Shown: positions 21,285 through 33,730, numbered from the stretch's first letter. The stretch: DNA of 64,000 nucleotides from an uncultured Enterobacteriaceae bacterium (GCA_964355565.1 CAYHDJ010000002.1:2316-66315), one strand, 5' to 3'. Program-made: numbers and translations. The notes: generated by a model not told the origin, from the letters alone.

Positions 21285-21620
21285 TTAAATCTTCTCCTTA
21301 ACTTCTATGTAAATATGACAACTTCGCTTAACTATACGACTAGATCTACCTTTAGCCATAACCCTAAACCTCTTAAGACTAGAACCATTAGTAACATAAA
21401 GACTATAAATAAAAAGATTATCTATATCCATTCCTGCATTATGCTCAGCATTGGAAATAACCGATCTCAATAATTTTTTTACAAAAAATGCGGATTTTTT
21501 AGTACTAAATGTCAAAACATCTATAGCCTGTTCAACGCGCATATTCCTTAAAAAATTCAAAACAGGCATAACTTTTTGACTGGATATTCTCACATTTTTA
21601 ACACTAGCTCGTATAATCAT
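21285..21620 (-). CDS. rplV: 50S ribosomal protein L22
   Basis: [19 protein letters not shown]...I.KRSCHI. Confidence 0.96.
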   Translation of the reverse strand: MIIRASVKNVRISSQKVMPVLNFLRNMRVEQAIDVLTFSTKKSAFFVKKLLRSVISNAEHNAGMDIDNLFIYSLYVTNGSSLKRFRVMAKGRSSRIVKRSCHIYIEVKEKI

Positions 21621-21934
21621 TAATTTTTCCTCATATTGCTTTTAGACGTATTAGAACTCTTAACATTCTTAATACCCTTATCACCAGAATGCCCTTTAAA
21701 AACACGTGTTGGAGAAAATTCTCCTAACTTATGCCCAACCATATTTTCCGTAACAAAAACTGGAATGAAAATTTTACCATTATGGACAGCAAATGTAAAA
21801 CCTATCATTTCAGGAACAATCATAGATCTTCTAGACCAAGTTTTAATAACACGTTTATTTAAAGGATCTATTCCTCTTATTTTTTTCAACAAATAATAAT
21901 CAACAAATGGGCCTTTTTTAAGAGATCGAGTCAC
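21620..21934 (-). CDS. rpsS: 30S ribosomal protein S19
   Basis: [28 protein letters not shown]. Confidence 0.98.
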   Translation of the reverse strand: MTRSLKKGPFVDYYLLKKIRGIDPLNKRVIKTWSRRSMIVPEMIGFTFAVHNGKIFIPVFVTENMVGHKLGEFSPTRVFKGHSGDKGIKNVKSSNTSKSNMRKN

Positions 21935-21964
21935 AAAACAACCTCACAATAAAAATTAAAAATT

Positions 21965-22792
21965 TTATTTAGTTCTACGTTTTAAAATTAACTTATAACC
22001 ACGTTTTCTATTTTTTCTAGTAATTTTACCCTCAGGAACACCCCATGGGCTACAAGCAGGCCTACCACCAGACGTTTTACCTTCACCTCCACCAAGTGGG
22101 TGATCAACAGGATTCATAGCCACGCCTCTAACGTTTGGCCTTATATTTTTCCATCTACTTCTACCAGCCTTACCCAATTTTTGCAAATTATGTTCACTCT
22201 TAGACAAAACGCCTATTGAAGCGAAACAATCCAAAAAAATCTTTCTAACTTCACCAGAACGTAATCTCAACGTGGCATATTTTTTATCCTTTGCTAAAAG
22301 CTGCGCATAACAACCGGCGCTTCTAACTAATCTAGCTCCACACTTAGGATAAATTTCAACACAATGAACATTCGTTCCAAGCGGTATATTCCTTAAAGGC
22401 AAACTATTGCCATTTCTTACAGAAACAAAATTACCAGACATAACAAAATCGCCAACTTTCATTCCATCAGCAGCTAATACATATCGTCTATCACCATCTT
22501 CATATAAAAGTAAAGCTATGTATGGACTTCTGTTTGGGTCGTATTCAATACGTTCGATTTTGGCTAAAACATCATATTTATCTCTTTTCCAATCAATAAC
22601 TCTGCATTTTCTTTTATGCCCGCCACCTCTACCCCAAACAGTTATTCTACCAGAATTATTTCTACCTGATGAATTCTTATTAAAAATAGTCAAATTCTTA
22701 TAAGGAGATCCAATATACAAAGAATTATTTTTAATACTCACCAAACCTCTTAATCCAGGCGACGTAGGCTTATATCTTTTTAAAAAAATCAT
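21965..22792 (-). CDS. rplB: 50S ribosomal protein L2
   Basis: [34 protein letters not shown]. Confidence 0.98.
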   Translation of the reverse strand: MIFLKRYKPTSPGLRGLVSIKNNSLYIGSPYKNLTIFNKNSSGRNNSGRITVWGRGGGHKRKCRVIDWKRDKYDVLAKIERIEYDPNRSPYIALLLYEDGDRRYVLAADGMKVGDFVMSGNFVSVRNGNSLPLRNIPLGTNVHCVEIYPKCGARLVRSAGCYAQLLAKDKKYATLRLRSGEVRKIFLDCFASIGVLSKSEHNLQKLGKAGRSRWKNIRPNVRGVAMNPVDHPLGGGEGKTSGGRPACSPWGVPEGKITRKNRKRGYKLILKRRTK

Positions 22793-22794
22793 AT

Positions 22795-23094
22795 TTACTT
22801 AAACTCTGAAAAATTAATCTTACAATCCTTTCTCAAGAAAACAATAGCTTTTTTCCAATCTTTTTGTTTTCCAAAAGAATTCTTAAATTTAACTAGCTTC
22901 CCCTTAACATTAATTATTCTAACAGAATTAACAAAAACATTAAACAACTTCTCAACAACATTTTTAATTTCACTTTTACTAGAACGACTAGACACAACAA
23001 ATGTAACACAATTCATCTTATCAGACAACATAACAGTTTTTTCCGTTGAATGCTCACGAAGCACAACATCATAAATACAATTAAATTTTTTCAT
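22795..23094 (-). CDS. rplW: 50S ribosomal protein L23
   Basis: TEK, KSEIK..VEKLF.V, WKKAIV. Confidence 0.95.
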   Translation of the reverse strand: MKKFNCIYDVVLREHSTEKTVMLSDKMNCVTFVVSSRSSKSEIKNVVEKLFNVFVNSVRIINVKGKLVKFKNSFGKQKDWKKAIVFLRKDCKINFSEFK

Positions 23095-23711
23095 TTAAAA
23101 AACTCTTCAATGCTTTTAATAGCATTAACTGTTATAAACACATTATTAAATTTCATTAAAACAAGTGGATTGATATTTCTACAAGAAACTAAAACAATAT
23201 CTTCTAAATTGCGTGCAGAACGTAAAAGCTCAAAACCAATCTCACCAAATATAAACAATGAAGTATTTTCAACGCTTAAATAATTAATTTCATTTAAAAA
23301 CATTTTTGTATTAATTTTTTCCAATAAAAAATCATCAAAGAATGTTAATCTACTTTCACGTAACAACTGAGAAAAAATCATTCTCATACCAAGATTAAAC
23401 ATTTTTTTATTTATCTTTCTTTTATGATTATAATTAGAACTATATGCAAATATTTTACCACCACCGCGCCACAAAGGGCTTCTAATACTGCCCACCCTGG
23501 CTCTACCACTGCCTTTTTGACGCCAAGGCTTTTTACCACCACCGCTAACCTCTCCTCTGGATTTTTGGGATTTTTGACCAGTATGAGAATTACCAATATA
23601 AGAAGTAATAAATTGATGTAAAAATAGACCATTATATTTAGTATCAAACACAAAATCTGATAAACAAATGCTACTTCTTTCACCACTTTTTTTTAAAAAA
23701 AAACATTCCAT
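23091..23711 (-). CDS. rplD: 50S ribosomal protein L4
   Basis: RGEVSGGGKKPWRQKGSGRAR, SPLWRGGG. Confidence 0.97.
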   Translation of the reverse strand: MECFFLKKSGERSSICLSDFVFDTKYNGLFLHQFITSYIGNSHTGQKSQKSRGEVSGGGKKPWRQKGSGRARVGSIRSPLWRGGGKIFAYSSNYNHKRKINKKMFNLGMRMIFSQLLRESRLTFFDDFLLEKINTKMFLNEINYLSVENTSLFIFGEIGFELLRSARNLEDIVLVSCRNINPLVLMKFNNVFITVNAIKSIEEFFK

Positions 23712-23729
23712 AACTCACCATAAATATAA

Positions 23730-24359
23730 TCAAAAATTCTTTCTTAACATAATTTTATTACCAATATGTCCAGGAATGGCGCCTTTTAAAATAACAACAT
23801 TTAAATCATTATAAATATTCATTATATCTATATTTTTAGTTGTAACACGACAATTTCCCATTCTGCCAGGCATTTTTTTTCCTTTAAAAACCCTACCTGG
23901 TGTCTGACACTGACCTATAGATCCAGGTGCTCTATGAGATAAAGAATTACCATGAGACGCACCTTGAGATTTAAAATTATGTCTTTTAATAACGCCAGCA
24001 AAACCCCTACCCTTTGAAACTCCAACAACATCAATTTTATCATGTGTATTAAACAACGACAATGGCAAAACATCGCCAACCGAAAAACAACTAATTTTAT
24101 CAGAAAAAACTGAAAATTCAGTCATATATTTTAAACACTTAAGACCAATTTTTTTATAAAACCCAATAACTGACATAGAAGCTTTCTTTTCATCAAAAAA
24201 ACACGCTGAAACTTTAACTAATGAAATATTATCATCCACAGGTTTAATATCCACAATATAATTAGTATATAATTTAACAACACTAACTGGATAATGAAAA
24301 CCATCAACAGAAAAAAAACTAGTCATACCACATTTATAACCAATAAAAACAATACTCAT
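23730..24359 (-). CDS. rplC: 50S ribosomal protein L3
   Basis: KCGMT, SKGRGFAGVIKRH, SHGNSLSHRAPGSIG, KGKKMPG. Confidence 0.97.
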   Translation of the reverse strand: MSIVFIGYKCGMTSFFSVDGFHYPVSVVKLYTNYIVDIKPVDDNISLVKVSACFFDEKKASMSVIGFYKKIGLKCLKYMTEFSVFSDKISCFSVGDVLPLSLFNTHDKIDVVGVSKGRGFAGVIKRHNFKSQGASHGNSLSHRAPGSIGQCQTPGRVFKGKKMPGRMGNCRVTTKNIDIMNIYNDLNVVILKGAIPGHIGNKIMLRKNF

Positions 24360-24366
24360 AAAAACC

Positions 24367-24684
24367 TCAATTAACAGAAATTTTAATATCAACGCCTGCA
24401 GACAAATCCAGCTTCATCAACGCATTAACTGTCTTATCTGTAGGTTCAATTATAACAATTAATCTTTTATGAGTTCTTATCTCATATTGATCTCTAGCGT
24501 TTTTATCAACATGGGGTGAAACTAAAATAGTAAACCGTTCTATATATGATGGGATAGGAATTGGACCGCTAATAATAGCACCAGTTTTCTTTGCTGTATC
24601 AACAATCTCTTTTGTAGATTGATCTATGACCTTATAATCATACGATTTTAATTTTATTCTAATAATTTGGTTACGATTTGTCAT
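24367..24684 (-). CDS. rpsJ: 30S ribosomal protein S10
   Basis: [33 protein letters not shown]. Confidence 0.98.
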   Translation of the reverse strand: MTNRNQIIRIKLKSYDYKVIDQSTKEIVDTAKKTGAIISGPIPIPSYIERFTILVSPHVDKNARDQYEIRTHKRLIVIIEPTDKTVNALMKLDLSAGVDIKISVN

Positions 24685-24704
24685 TACTAAAAACCACTTT
24701 TTTA

Positions 24705-26774
24705 TCAAACATTATTTAATATATTTTTAGAAACAAAATCAGGCACAGGTGTATAGGAAAAAAACTCCATAGTATAAGTAGCTCTACCCTGCGTTATAGA
24801 TCTAATTACAGTAGCATATCCAAACATTTCAGATAATGGAACTCTCACTCTAACATCTTTTGCTGAAACAATATCACTTATACCTTGTATAATACCACGT
24901 CTCTTATTCAGATCGCCAATAATATCGCCTAAATATTCATCTGGAGTAACAACACAAACCATCATAATAGGTTCTAACAAAATAACATTAGCCTTTAAAA
25001 CTCCAGCTTTAAAAGCTCTAGCCGCGGCATTTTTAAAAGCTAATTCGCTTGAATCAACTTCATGATAAGAACCATCTAATAAAGTAACTTTTACATCTAC
25101 TATCGGATATCCTGCTAAAACTCCTAATTGACTCTGCTCTAAAACACCTTTTTTAACAGCCGGAATATATTCCTTAGGTACAACCCCAGCAAAAATTTTA
25201 TTTTCAAAAACTACGCCTTCTCCAGGTTTCAAAGGCTCTATCCCTAAAACAACATGACCATATTGGCCTCTGCCACCAGACTGTCTTATATACTTACCAT
25301 CCTGTTCAACACTTTTAGTAACGGTTTCTCTATAAGCAACTTGAGGTTTACCAACATTAGACTCAACAGCGAATTCTCTCCGTAACCTATCAACAACAAT
25401 ATCCAAATGTAATTCACCCATTCCTGAAATAATCGTTTGTGACGATTCTGGATCTATGCTAACTTTCAAAGAAGGATCTTCGTGTGATAATTTCTTTAAT
25501 GCAATTCCCATTCGTTCTTGATCATTTTTAGTTTTAGGTTCTACAGCAATCGAAATTACAGCCTCAGGAAAGCTCATTTGCTCCAAAACAATGCTGGAAT
25601 TCAAAGAACACAATGTATCACCAGTAGTAGTATACTTTAATCCAACAACTGCTACTATATCTCCAGATCGCATTAATTTAATCTCCTCTCTTAAATTAGC
25701 ATGCATTAACAACACTCTACCAATTCGTTCCTTTTTATCTTTTAAACTATTATAAACAAAATTTCCAGACTCAAAAACACCTGAATAAACCCTTAAATAT
25801 GTTAAAGTTCCAACAAATGGATCAGTAACTATTTTAAAAGCTAGTGACAAAAAATTTAATTTATCTAAATTTTTTTCCAAGGAAACAGGTATAACTTTTC
25901 CAAAAGTAATATCATTTGGAGATGGCAAAAAATCAACAACAGCATCTAGCAAAGTCTGTATACCTTTATTTTTAAACGCAGCTCCACACAAAACCAAAAT
26001 TACATCATTTTTAATAACAATTTTTCTCAACTCATACACAATTTTATCAACAGGAACACTACGTCCATCTAAATAAAGTTCCATGATTTCGTCAGACGTT
26101 TCAGCTACTCTTTCTAGAATAGCAGTTCTATACTTAAAACACATATCACTGCATGAAGTAGGAATATCTTTATAAGTAAAGGTTGATCCATAATCTGAAT
26201 CATCCCAAACAATCAATCTTTGATAAATCAAATCAATAACACCAACAAAAACCTCATCAAAAAAGTAAGGCAATTGAATAGGTAAAATATTGGCTTTCAA
26301 TTTTAATTTCATTTGATTTAATACTGAATAAAAATCAGCACCAGGTCTATCCATTTTATTTACAAACGCTATTCTAGGAACATTATACTTATTAGCTTGC
26401 CTCCAGACAGTTTCAGACTGAGACTCAACACCGCCAACTGCACAAAAAACTCCTATTGCACCATCAAGCACACGTAAAGATCGCTCAACTTCTATAGTGA
26501 AATCAACATGCCCAGGTGTATCTATAATATTTATTTTACAAGTTTTTTTATCAAAACCACCACTCCAAAAACATGTTGTGGCAGCCGCTGTAATTGTTAT
26601 ACCTCTTTCTTGCTCTTGTTCCATCCAATCCATAACAGCAGATCCTTCATGGACTTCGCCAAGTTTATGGGAAACTCCAGTATAAAACAAAATTCTCTCA
26701 GTCAAAGTTGTCTTACCAGCATCTATATGCGCTATAATTCCAATATTTCTATATTTATCTAAATCTAATATCAC
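24705..26774 (-). CDS. fusA: Elongation factor G
   Basis: [45 protein letters not shown]. Confidence 0.99.
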   Translation of the reverse strand: MILDLDKYRNIGIIAHIDAGKTTLTERILFYTGVSHKLGEVHEGSAVMDWMEQEQERGITITAAATTCFWSGGFDKKTCKINIIDTPGHVDFTIEVERSLRVLDGAIGVFCAVGGVESQSETVWRQANKYNVPRIAFVNKMDRPGADFYSVLNQMKLKLKANILPIQLPYFFDEVFVGVIDLIYQRLIVWDDSDYGSTFTYKDIPTSCSDMCFKYRTAILERVAETSDEIMELYLDGRSVPVDKIVYELRKIVIKNDVILVLCGAAFKNKGIQTLLDAVVDFLPSPNDITFGKVIPVSLEKNLDKLNFLSLAFKIVTDPFVGTLTYLRVYSGVFESGNFVYNSLKDKKERIGRVLLMHANLREEIKLMRSGDIVAVVGLKYTTTGDTLCSLNSSIVLEQMSFPEAVISIAVEPKTKNDQERMGIALKKLSHEDPSLKVSIDPESSQTIISGMGELHLDIVVDRLRREFAVESNVGKPQVAYRETVTKSVEQDGKYIRQSGGRGQYGHVVLGIEPLKPGEGVVFENKIFAGVVPKEYIPAVKKGVLEQSQLGVLAGYPIVDVKVTLLDGSYHEVDSSELAFKNAAARAFKAGVLKANVILLEPIMMVCVVTPDEYLGDIIGDLNKRRGIIQGISDIVSAKDVRVRVPLSEMFGYATVIRSITQGRATYTMEFFSYTPVPDFVSKNILNNV

Positions 26775-26793
26775 ACATACCCCTTATAATTTT

Positions 26794-27291
26794 TTACCAT
26801 CTATAATGTGCAAAAGCTCTATTAGCTTCTGCCATACGATGTGTATCTTCTCTTTTTTTTATAGCACCACCTCTACCTATACTATTACCAATAGATTGAC
26901 TTTCATCAGCTGCTTCTATTATTTCAAATGCTAATTTTAATATCATATTCTTTTCATTTCTTTTGCGAGAAAATTCCACCAACCATCGCATGGCCAGAGT
27001 AAATGCTCGCTTGGGTTTAACTTCAACTGGCACTTGATATGTAGCACCACCTACACGTCTAGATCTAACTTCAACTATAGGTTTTATATGTTCTAAAGCC
27101 TTTTCAAAAACTACCATTGGATCAACTTTTGTCTTTCCCTTAACAATATCCAATGCATTATAAACTATTTTCTCAGCCAACGATTTCTTACCAGCAACCA
27201 TAATATAATTAATAAATTTAGCTAACAACAAACTATTAAATATAAGATCTGGTTTAATCTTAGAATTAGTACAAACTTTTTTTCTAGCCAT
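26794..27291 (-). CDS. rpsG: 30S ribosomal protein S7
   Basis: [35 protein letters not shown]. Confidence 0.98.
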   Translation of the reverse strand: MARKKVCTNSKIKPDLIFNSLLLAKFINYIMVAGKKSLAEKIVYNALDIVKGKTKVDPMVVFEKALEHIKPIVEVRSRRVGGATYQVPVEVKPKRAFTLAMRWLVEFSRKRNEKNMILKLAFEIIEAADESQSIGNSIGRGGAIKKREDTHRMAEANRAFAHYRW

Positions 27292-27302
27292 TTTTTTTTC
27301 CC

Positions 27303-27683
27303 CTAAACTTTCTTATTAGGTGATTTTGTGCCATACTTCGATCTAGAACGTTTTCTGCCAACAACGCCAGTAGCATCAAGAGCCCCCCTAACAACTTTAT
27401 ATCTAACTCCCGGTAAATCTTTAACCCTACCACCACGTATAAGTACAACAGAATGTTCTTGCAAAGAATGACCAACGCCTTGAATATACGCTGTAACCTC
27501 ACTACCTCCAGTTAATTTAACGCGACAAACCTTTCTTAAAGCAGAATTAGGCTTTTTAGGTTTAACTGTGTAAACTCGTAAACAAACCCCCCTTTTTTGA
27601 GGATTACATTTTAAAGCTGCAACTTTATTTTTTCTCTTAACTTTAACTCTATTGCTATTTATTAATTGATTTATAGTAGTCAT
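27303..27683 (-). CDS. rpsL: 30S ribosomal protein S12
   Basis: [22 protein letters not shown]. Confidence 0.99.
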   Translation of the reverse strand: MTTINQLINSNRVKVKRKNKVAALKCNPQKRGVCLRVYTVKPKKPNSALRKVCRVKLTGGSEVTAYIQGVGHSLQEHSVVLIRGGRVKDLPGVRYKVVRGALDATGVVGRKRSRSKYGTKSPNKKV

Positions 27684-27716
27684 TTATATATATTGAATAA
27701 TACAATTCGAACTTAA

Positions 27717-27745
27717 ATGTTATAAAAATATAATCTATCTGTCAA
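27717..27745 (-). promoter_or_regulatory. Probable sigma70 promoter of the str (rpsL) operon
   Basis: Minus strand TTGACA (27745-27740), 17 bp spacer, TAACAT (27722-27717), just upstream of the rpsL ATG. Confidence 0.65.
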
Positions 27746-27816
27746 TTAATTATAAAAATAATAATAAAAATTATTAAAAACTTTTTTAATATTAAAACCA
27801 ACCAGGGGAAAAAAAA

Positions 27817-28455
27817 ATGAAAATAATACTATTAGGTCCTCCAGGATCAGGAAAAGGAACACAAGCACATTTAATTAAAAATTTTTTTAATCTTAAACAT
27901 ATGTCAACCGGAGAATTAATACGACATGAAATTGAAAAATCAACAGAAATAGGCATTTTTATAAAAAAAGAAATAAAAAACGGTAATCTAATTAAAGATG
28001 ATATAATTTCAACACTATTGGAAAAACATATAAAAAATAACAGTAACTTTTTATTAGATGGATTCCCAAGAACATTATCGCAAGCAATATATTTATCAAA
28101 AAAAAATATAGACATAAATTTTATTATCAAACTAACATTAAAAACAAATATAATTTTAAAAAGATTAAAATATAGGATTATACATAAAACAAACAGCTAT
28201 AATATACTATACAATATTCCAAAAATAAAAAACAAAGATAACGAAACAGGCGAAAAATTAACAAAAAGATTTGATGATTCTTTTAAAGCAATAAAAAATA
28301 GATTAACAGACTATAATAACAATACAGAAAAAATTATACATTGGTATAAAAATATATCAAACATAACGGAAATAAATAGTGAAATGGATACATTAACAAC
28401 ATTTAATAACATAAAGGAACATATTAAAAAAAACTATCATGAAAAAATTTTTTGA
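27817..28455 (+). CDS. adk: Adenylate kinase
   Basis: GPPGSGKGTQA, HMSTGELIR, LLDGFPRT..QA, R.DD. Confidence 0.96.
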   Translation: MKIILLGPPGSGKGTQAHLIKNFFNLKHMSTGELIRHEIEKSTEIGIFIKKEIKNGNLIKDDIISTLLEKHIKNNSNFLLDGFPRTLSQAIYLSKKNIDINFIIKLTLKTNIILKRLKYRIIHKTNSYNILYNIPKIKNKDNETGEKLTKRFDDSFKAIKNRLTDYNNNTEKIIHWYKNISNITEINSEMDTLTTFNNIKEHIKKNYHEKIF

Positions 28456-30922
28456 TCAAAAAACACTATCATCACAATGGTACATCGACTGGGAAAGAAA
28501 AAACTATTTTTCTCCAGATTATAAAAAATCAAAAACATACTGCATAACATTACCACCGCCAAATATAACAGGCAATTTACACATGGGACATGCATTTCAA
28601 GCAACATTGATGGATATACTAATTAGATTTTACAGAATGAACAATTATTGCACGCTATGGAAAATGGGCACAGATCACGCTGGTATAGCTACACAAATTT
28701 TAATAGAACAAAAAATAAAAGAATTAAGCATAAAAACACCACGTTATGAGTATGCAATAAAATGGAAAAACAAATCTAATAAAAATATTAAAAAACAATT
28801 AACAGAACTTTGTTGTTCATTAAATTGGAAAACCAATAGGTTTACTTTAGATAAACATTTTTCTTATGCAGTAAAAACAGCATTTATAAAATTATATGAA
28901 GATAAATTAATATATAAAGCAAAAAAACTAGTAAACTGGGATGCAAAAATACAAACAGCAATATCAGATTTAGAAGTAATACATGAAGAAATAGATAGCG
29001 AAATTTTTTATATAAAATATAAAATTGAAAACACAGAAAATTCATATATAACGATTGCTACAACAAGACCTGAAACAATTTTTGCTGACGTTGCAATAGC
29101 AATAAACCCTGATGATCGTAGACATAAAAATATAATATCTACACATGTAATAATACCAATAATAAACAGAATAATACCAATAATATTTAACAAGAATGTA
29201 AATATAAATTTCGGAACTGGATGTCTCAAGATAACCCCAGGGCACGATTTCACAGATTTCGAAATAGGAAAAGAACATAATCTGCCAATAATAAACATAT
29301 TAAACAAGGATGGAACATTAAACGACTTAGTTCCACTAAACTATAGAAACTTAACAATACCAGAAGCAAGAAAAAAAATAAAAAAAGACTTAACAAATTT
29401 AAACATAATAGAAAAAATTGAAATACAAAAAAATAAAATACCAAAAGCAGATAGAAGTAATTCCATTATAGAACCACTAATAACAGAACAATGGTATATT
29501 AAAACACAAACGTTAGCTGTCCCAGTATACAACGCAATAAAGAAAAATGAAATAAAGATTATTCCAAACAAATGGAAAAAGATATTTTTTGACTGGTTAA
29601 ATAACATAAAAGATTGGTGTATAAGTAGGCAAATATGGTGGGGACACAGAATACCAATATGGTATGACAACTACAATAATGAATATATAGGCCAAACAAA
29701 AAAACAAATAATTAAAAAATACAAAATAAATGAACACACTCAACTAACGCAAGATGAAAACGTTTTAGATACATGGTTTTCTTCTGCATTATGGCCATTT
29801 GCAAGTTTAGGCTGGCCAAATAACACAATAGAATACAAAAAATTATACCCAACTACTACGTTAATCACCGGTTTTGATATAATTTTTTTTTGGGCAATAA
29901 AAATGATGATGTTTGGACTGAAATTCACAAATGTTATGCCATTTAAAGAAATATATATACATGGATTAATACGAGATCATTTGGGAAATAAAATGTCAAA
30001 AACAAAGGGAAATGTAATAGACCCTTTAGATATAATAAATGGTATAGATAAAGACTCACTAATTAAAAAACAAACCTCAAATCTTATAAATGAAAAAATG
30101 AAAAATAAAGTAGCAGAACACACAAAACATCAATTTCCAAATGGTATTGAAACTTTTGGAGCAGATGCATTGAGATTAACATTTTGTGCTATAGCTACAG
30201 ATAATATATCTATAAAACTAGATTTAGAAAAAGTTAAAAACTACAAGAACTTTTGTACAAAATTGTGGAATGCAGCAATTTTTATAGAAAAAACTAAATC
30301 AAAGAACCACATACGTATACACCAAACATCACTAATTTATAATAAATATATCGTATCAATATGGCAAAATGTCAAAAAAGATATAAAAACAAATATAAAA
30401 AGACGAAAATTTAACATAGTAATAGACATAATATACAAATTCTTTTGGACACAATTTTGCAATTGGCACATAGAATTATCAAAAATACTAATACAAAACA
30501 AAAAATATATAGAACAAACAACAGCTATAAACAACACCATATTTAAAGAAATATTGAAAGTACTACATCCAATAGCACCATATATCACAGAAGAACTATG
30601 GAAATCATTAAATCATAATAAAATAACTAACATAATAGTAGAAAAATACCCAACATGCAGAAAAAAATTAATAAACAAAAAAATAGAAAAAACCATATTA
30701 TCAATACAAAACTTATGTATAAAAATAAGAAACATTAAAGCACAAACAAATAAAAACAATATAATTGTTACATTAAAAAATATAACAAAAAGTCAACTAA
30801 TTAAATTAGAAAAAACAAAAAAAGTATTAGAAAAAATGACAAAAATACAAAAAATAAAATTAACGAATAACCCCAATTATAATTTTGACGAAACAGAAAA
30901 TTTAAATATAATTATCAACTAA
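28439..30922 (+). CDS. valS: Valyl-tRNA synthetase (C-terminal arm shortened)
   Basis: PPPNITGNLHMGHA, DHAGIATQ, DWCISRQIWWGH, DTWFSSALWP, KMSKT. Confidence 0.97.
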   Translation: MKKFFDQKTLSSQWYIDWERKNYFSPDYKKSKTYCITLPPPNITGNLHMGHAFQATLMDILIRFYRMNNYCTLWKMGTDHAGIATQILIEQKIKELSIKTPRYEYAIKWKNKSNKNIKKQLTELCCSLNWKTNRFTLDKHFSYAVKTAFIKLYEDKLIYKAKKLVNWDAKIQTAISDLEVIHEEIDSEIFYIKYKIENTENSYITIATTRPETIFADVAIAINPDDRRHKNIISTHVIIPIINRIIPIIFNKNVNINFGTGCLKITPGHDFTDFEIGKEHNLPIINILNKDGTLNDLVPLNYRNLTIPEARKKIKKDLTNLNIIEKIEIQKNKIPKADRSNSIIEPLITEQWYIKTQTLAVPVYNAIKKNEIKIIPNKWKKIFFDWLNNIKDWCISRQIWWGHRIPIWYDNYNNEYIGQTKKQIIKKYKINEHTQLTQDENVLDTWFSSALWPFASLGWPNNTIEYKKLYPTTTLITGFDIIFFWAIKMMMFGLKFTNVMPFKEIYIHGLIRDHLGNKMSKTKGNVIDPLDIINGIDKDSLIKKQTSNLINEKMKNKVAEHTKHQFPNGIETFGADALRLTFCAIATDNISIKLDLEKVKNYKNFCTKLWNAAIFIEKTKSKNHIRIHQTSLIYNKYIVSIWQNVKKDIKTNIKRRKFNIVIDIIYKFFWTQFCNWHIELSKILIQNKKYIEQTTAINNTIFKEILKVLHPIAPYITEELWKSLNHNKITNIIVEKYPTCRKKLINKKIEKTILSIQNLCIKIRNIKAQTNKNNIIVTLKNITKSQLIKLEKTKKVLEKMTKIQKIKLTNNPNYNFDETENLNIIIN

Positions 30923-30939
30923 TAAACTCTTTTAAAAAT

Positions 30940-32331
30940 TTATTTTAAAATATCATTTTTCTTTTTGATAAAAATGAAATATAACGATGGTGTTATTAAC
31001 ATTATAAAAGAAAAAAACAACAAACAAAAATAAAAATTTTTGTGCATAATATTTATATCAAACGGTTGCACATATGATAATAAAAAGGTGAAAATACACA
31101 TAAAAATTCCAATATAAGAAAAAAAGTTTACAAATGGCATCTTAAATGGGCGTTCGGTGTTTGGAAATTTCTTTCTCAAACGTAAAACAGAGACAAAAAT
31201 CATAATATATAAAAAGGCAGCAAATTGAAATGATAAACACACAAACACCCAAACTAACCCATTAATTGTATTAATATATAAAAAAAATATAATTGACATC
31301 ACACTTACAATGACAGCTTGCACAATCAATAAATTGACAGGCACTCCATGATTATTAATCTTAGTCATAAATTTGGGCAAAAATCCATCATCAGCAGCAA
31401 CCAATAAGCCTCTTGCAGGACCAATTATCCACGTATTAACGCATGCCATTGACCCTAAAAATAATAATAAAGCCATAACATTTGTTAGCACAGGCGCTCC
31501 AATTTTATCAAAAAAAACTTTAAATGCCAATATAACCCCAGAAGCAAAACAAATTTCAGATTTTGGTATAAGAATTGAAATGGATAAAGAAGACAAAATA
31601 TATAGTACTAATATAAAAACTGAAGAAATTATTATAGATTTGGCTAAATTGGCTCTAGGGTTATCAATATTATTAACATAAAAAGCTATCAATTCTATAC
31701 CAGAAATTCCAAGTAATATACCAGATAAAAAAACTAAATTATTTAAATTAAAATTTGGAATTAATGCTTTAAAGCTAAACTCAATATTACCTGTTTCACC
31801 ATGCAAAAATAAAAATAAACCAAAAAAACTCATCAAAAGTACTGGAAAAATAGTGCCAAAAATAACACCAAAAATGCTAAAATTAATAGATGTTTCAATG
31901 CCAAAAAAATTTAAAAATGTCAAAAGCCAAAATATAATAATAATACTAAACACAGAAAAAACCAAACTCATATCAAAATAATTAAAAAATGGAAATACTG
32001 CATTTATTAACATAGAAATAATGAAAATTAACATAGTAGGAAACCATATTATACTTTGCATCCAATATGCCCATATAACAACAAAAGCACACGATTCTCC
32101 ACATGCTTTCTTTACCCAAGAATAACAACCACCTGCCATAGGCCAAGTAGAACTTAATTCAGAGACCGCCATAGCCACTGGGATAAAAAAACAAAAAGTA
32201 GCAAAAATCAAAAATGAAATAATAGAAACGCCAACTTCTGCAAACATTGGTAAATTCTTCAAACTTAATATACCAGTAACAATTAACAAAATTAACCCAA
32301 ATAAATTAATCTTTTTCTTAGAACTTAACAT
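30940..32331 (-). CDS. APC superfamily amino-acid permease (GadC-like)
   Basis: About 12 TM segments; SLKNLP, FFIP.A...SEL...WP..GG.Y.WV, G.EL, W..GPARGL, RPFKMP. Confidence 0.85.
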   Translation of the reverse strand: MLSSKKKINLFGLILLIVTGILSLKNLPMFAEVGVSIISFLIFATFCFFIPVAMAVSELSSTWPMAGGCYSWVKKACGESCAFVVIWAYWMQSIIWFPTMLIFIISMLINAVFPFFNYFDMSLVFSVFSIIIIFWLLTFLNFFGIETSINFSIFGVIFGTIFPVLLMSFFGLFLFLHGETGNIEFSFKALIPNFNLNNLVFLSGILLGISGIELIAFYVNNIDNPRANLAKSIIISSVFILVLYILSSLSISILIPKSEICFASGVILAFKVFFDKIGAPVLTNVMALLLFLGSMACVNTWIIGPARGLLVAADDGFLPKFMTKINNHGVPVNLLIVQAVIVSVMSIIFFLYINTINGLVWVFVCLSFQFAAFLYIMIFVSVLRLRKKFPNTERPFKMPFVNFFSYIGIFMCIFTFLLSYVQPFDINIMHKNFYFCLLFFSFIMLITPSLYFIFIKKKNDILK

Positions 32332-32383
32332 AAAAAACACTTATTATTTAAAATAGTCATAGTATCAACTATTTAACACATTG

Positions 32384-33628
32384 TCAAATTCGCCACTTGC
32401 GCATAAATCTTCTTATTAATGGACCAATAGTGACACCCTGCACCATCATTGAAAATATAACAACAGCATAAGTTATAGCTACTAAAAAATCATGATAAAC
32501 ACTTTCAATACTTAAAGCAAGCGCAATTGATATTCCACCCCTTAATCCTCCCCATGTTAAAATAAGAGCTAACTCAAAATTAAAAAACTTAAATCTAGCT
32601 AATAAAATAACAGGTATTAAAATACTTAATAATCTAGCAAATATCGTTATAAATATAACGCCTATTGACGCAAATGTAGTATATAAATCAAATCGTATTC
32701 CCATAAACTCTAATCCTATCAAAACAAATAATATAGCATTCAACACTTCATCTAAAAGTTCCCAAAATGATGCTAACCTTAGAACAGTTTCATCACTCAT
32801 ATTATTATTTTTTATAGAATTACCAATAAACAACCCAGCAGTAGCCATACATATAGGCCCAGAAACACCTAAAATAGAATGCGATAAAGTGTACCCGCCA
32901 GATACAATAGCTAAAGTTATAACTATTGCAACTTCAGAATCATCTATATCAGCTAATACCTTTGCAGAAAAAAAACCAATAATAAGTCCTAAAAATAATC
33001 CACCAATTCCCTGCTTAAAAAAATAAAATATAACAGCATCAAATGCTAGTACATTTCTCAATTCAGATGTTAAAGATAACGTAACAAAAAACAGAACTAA
33101 TCCCATGCCATCATTAAATAGAGCCTCGCCAGCTATTTTTAATTCTAAAGATCTAGGCGCTTTTATATTCTTTAACACACCCAAGACAGCTATAGGATCA
33201 GTAGGAGAAATTAACGCTCCAAAAACAAAACAATAATAAAAAGGTACATTTATACATAAAAATTGCGTTAACCAATAAACAGTATATCCAACAAAAAAGG
33301 CTGAAAACAAAACACTAACAGTTGCTAACCATGTAATCAAAACTTTATATCTTGACAACTCAATGATATTAACATGCAATGATCCAGCAAATAACAAAAA
33401 ACTCAACATTCCATGTAAAAAAGTTTCATTAAATTTAACATCATTCAATAATAATTTAATATATTCAAAATTTAACCCAATTTTACCGCCTACAACTATT
33501 ACTAAAGACAAAGATAATGTTATAGAAGTTATTCCAATAGATTTAGGTAATTTAATATAACGATAGTTAATATAGCTAGAAATTGCAGTTAAAGAAACTA
33601 ATATACCTACAACCTCAGGGCCAAGCAT
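32384..33628 (-). CDS. CPA1 family Na+/H+ antiporter (NhaP-like)
   Basis: FLLFAGSLH, FGALISPTDPIAVL, GEALFNDG, FWELLDEVLN, WGGLRGGISIALAL. Confidence 0.93.
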   Translation of the reverse strand: MLGPEVVGILVSLTAISSYINYRYIKLPKSIGITSITLSLSLVIVVGGKIGLNFEYIKLLLNDVKFNETFLHGMLSFLLFAGSLHVNIIELSRYKVLITWLATVSVLFSAFFVGYTVYWLTQFLCINVPFYYCFVFGALISPTDPIAVLGVLKNIKAPRSLELKIAGEALFNDGMGLVLFFVTLSLTSELRNVLAFDAVIFYFFKQGIGGLFLGLIIGFFSAKVLADIDDSEVAIVITLAIVSGGYTLSHSILGVSGPICMATAGLFIGNSIKNNNMSDETVLRLASFWELLDEVLNAILFVLIGLEFMGIRFDLYTTFASIGVIFITIFARLLSILIPVILLARFKFFNFELALILTWGGLRGGISIALALSIESVYHDFLVAITYAVVIFSMMVQGVTIGPLIRRFMRKWRI

Positions 33629-33730
33629 ATAATTCTCCTAAAAAAAAGAATAACAATAAAAAATATTCTATATTAAATAAAGCTTATTAAAAACAACATA
33701 TAAAAATTTATTTATTTTTCATAATACTAC

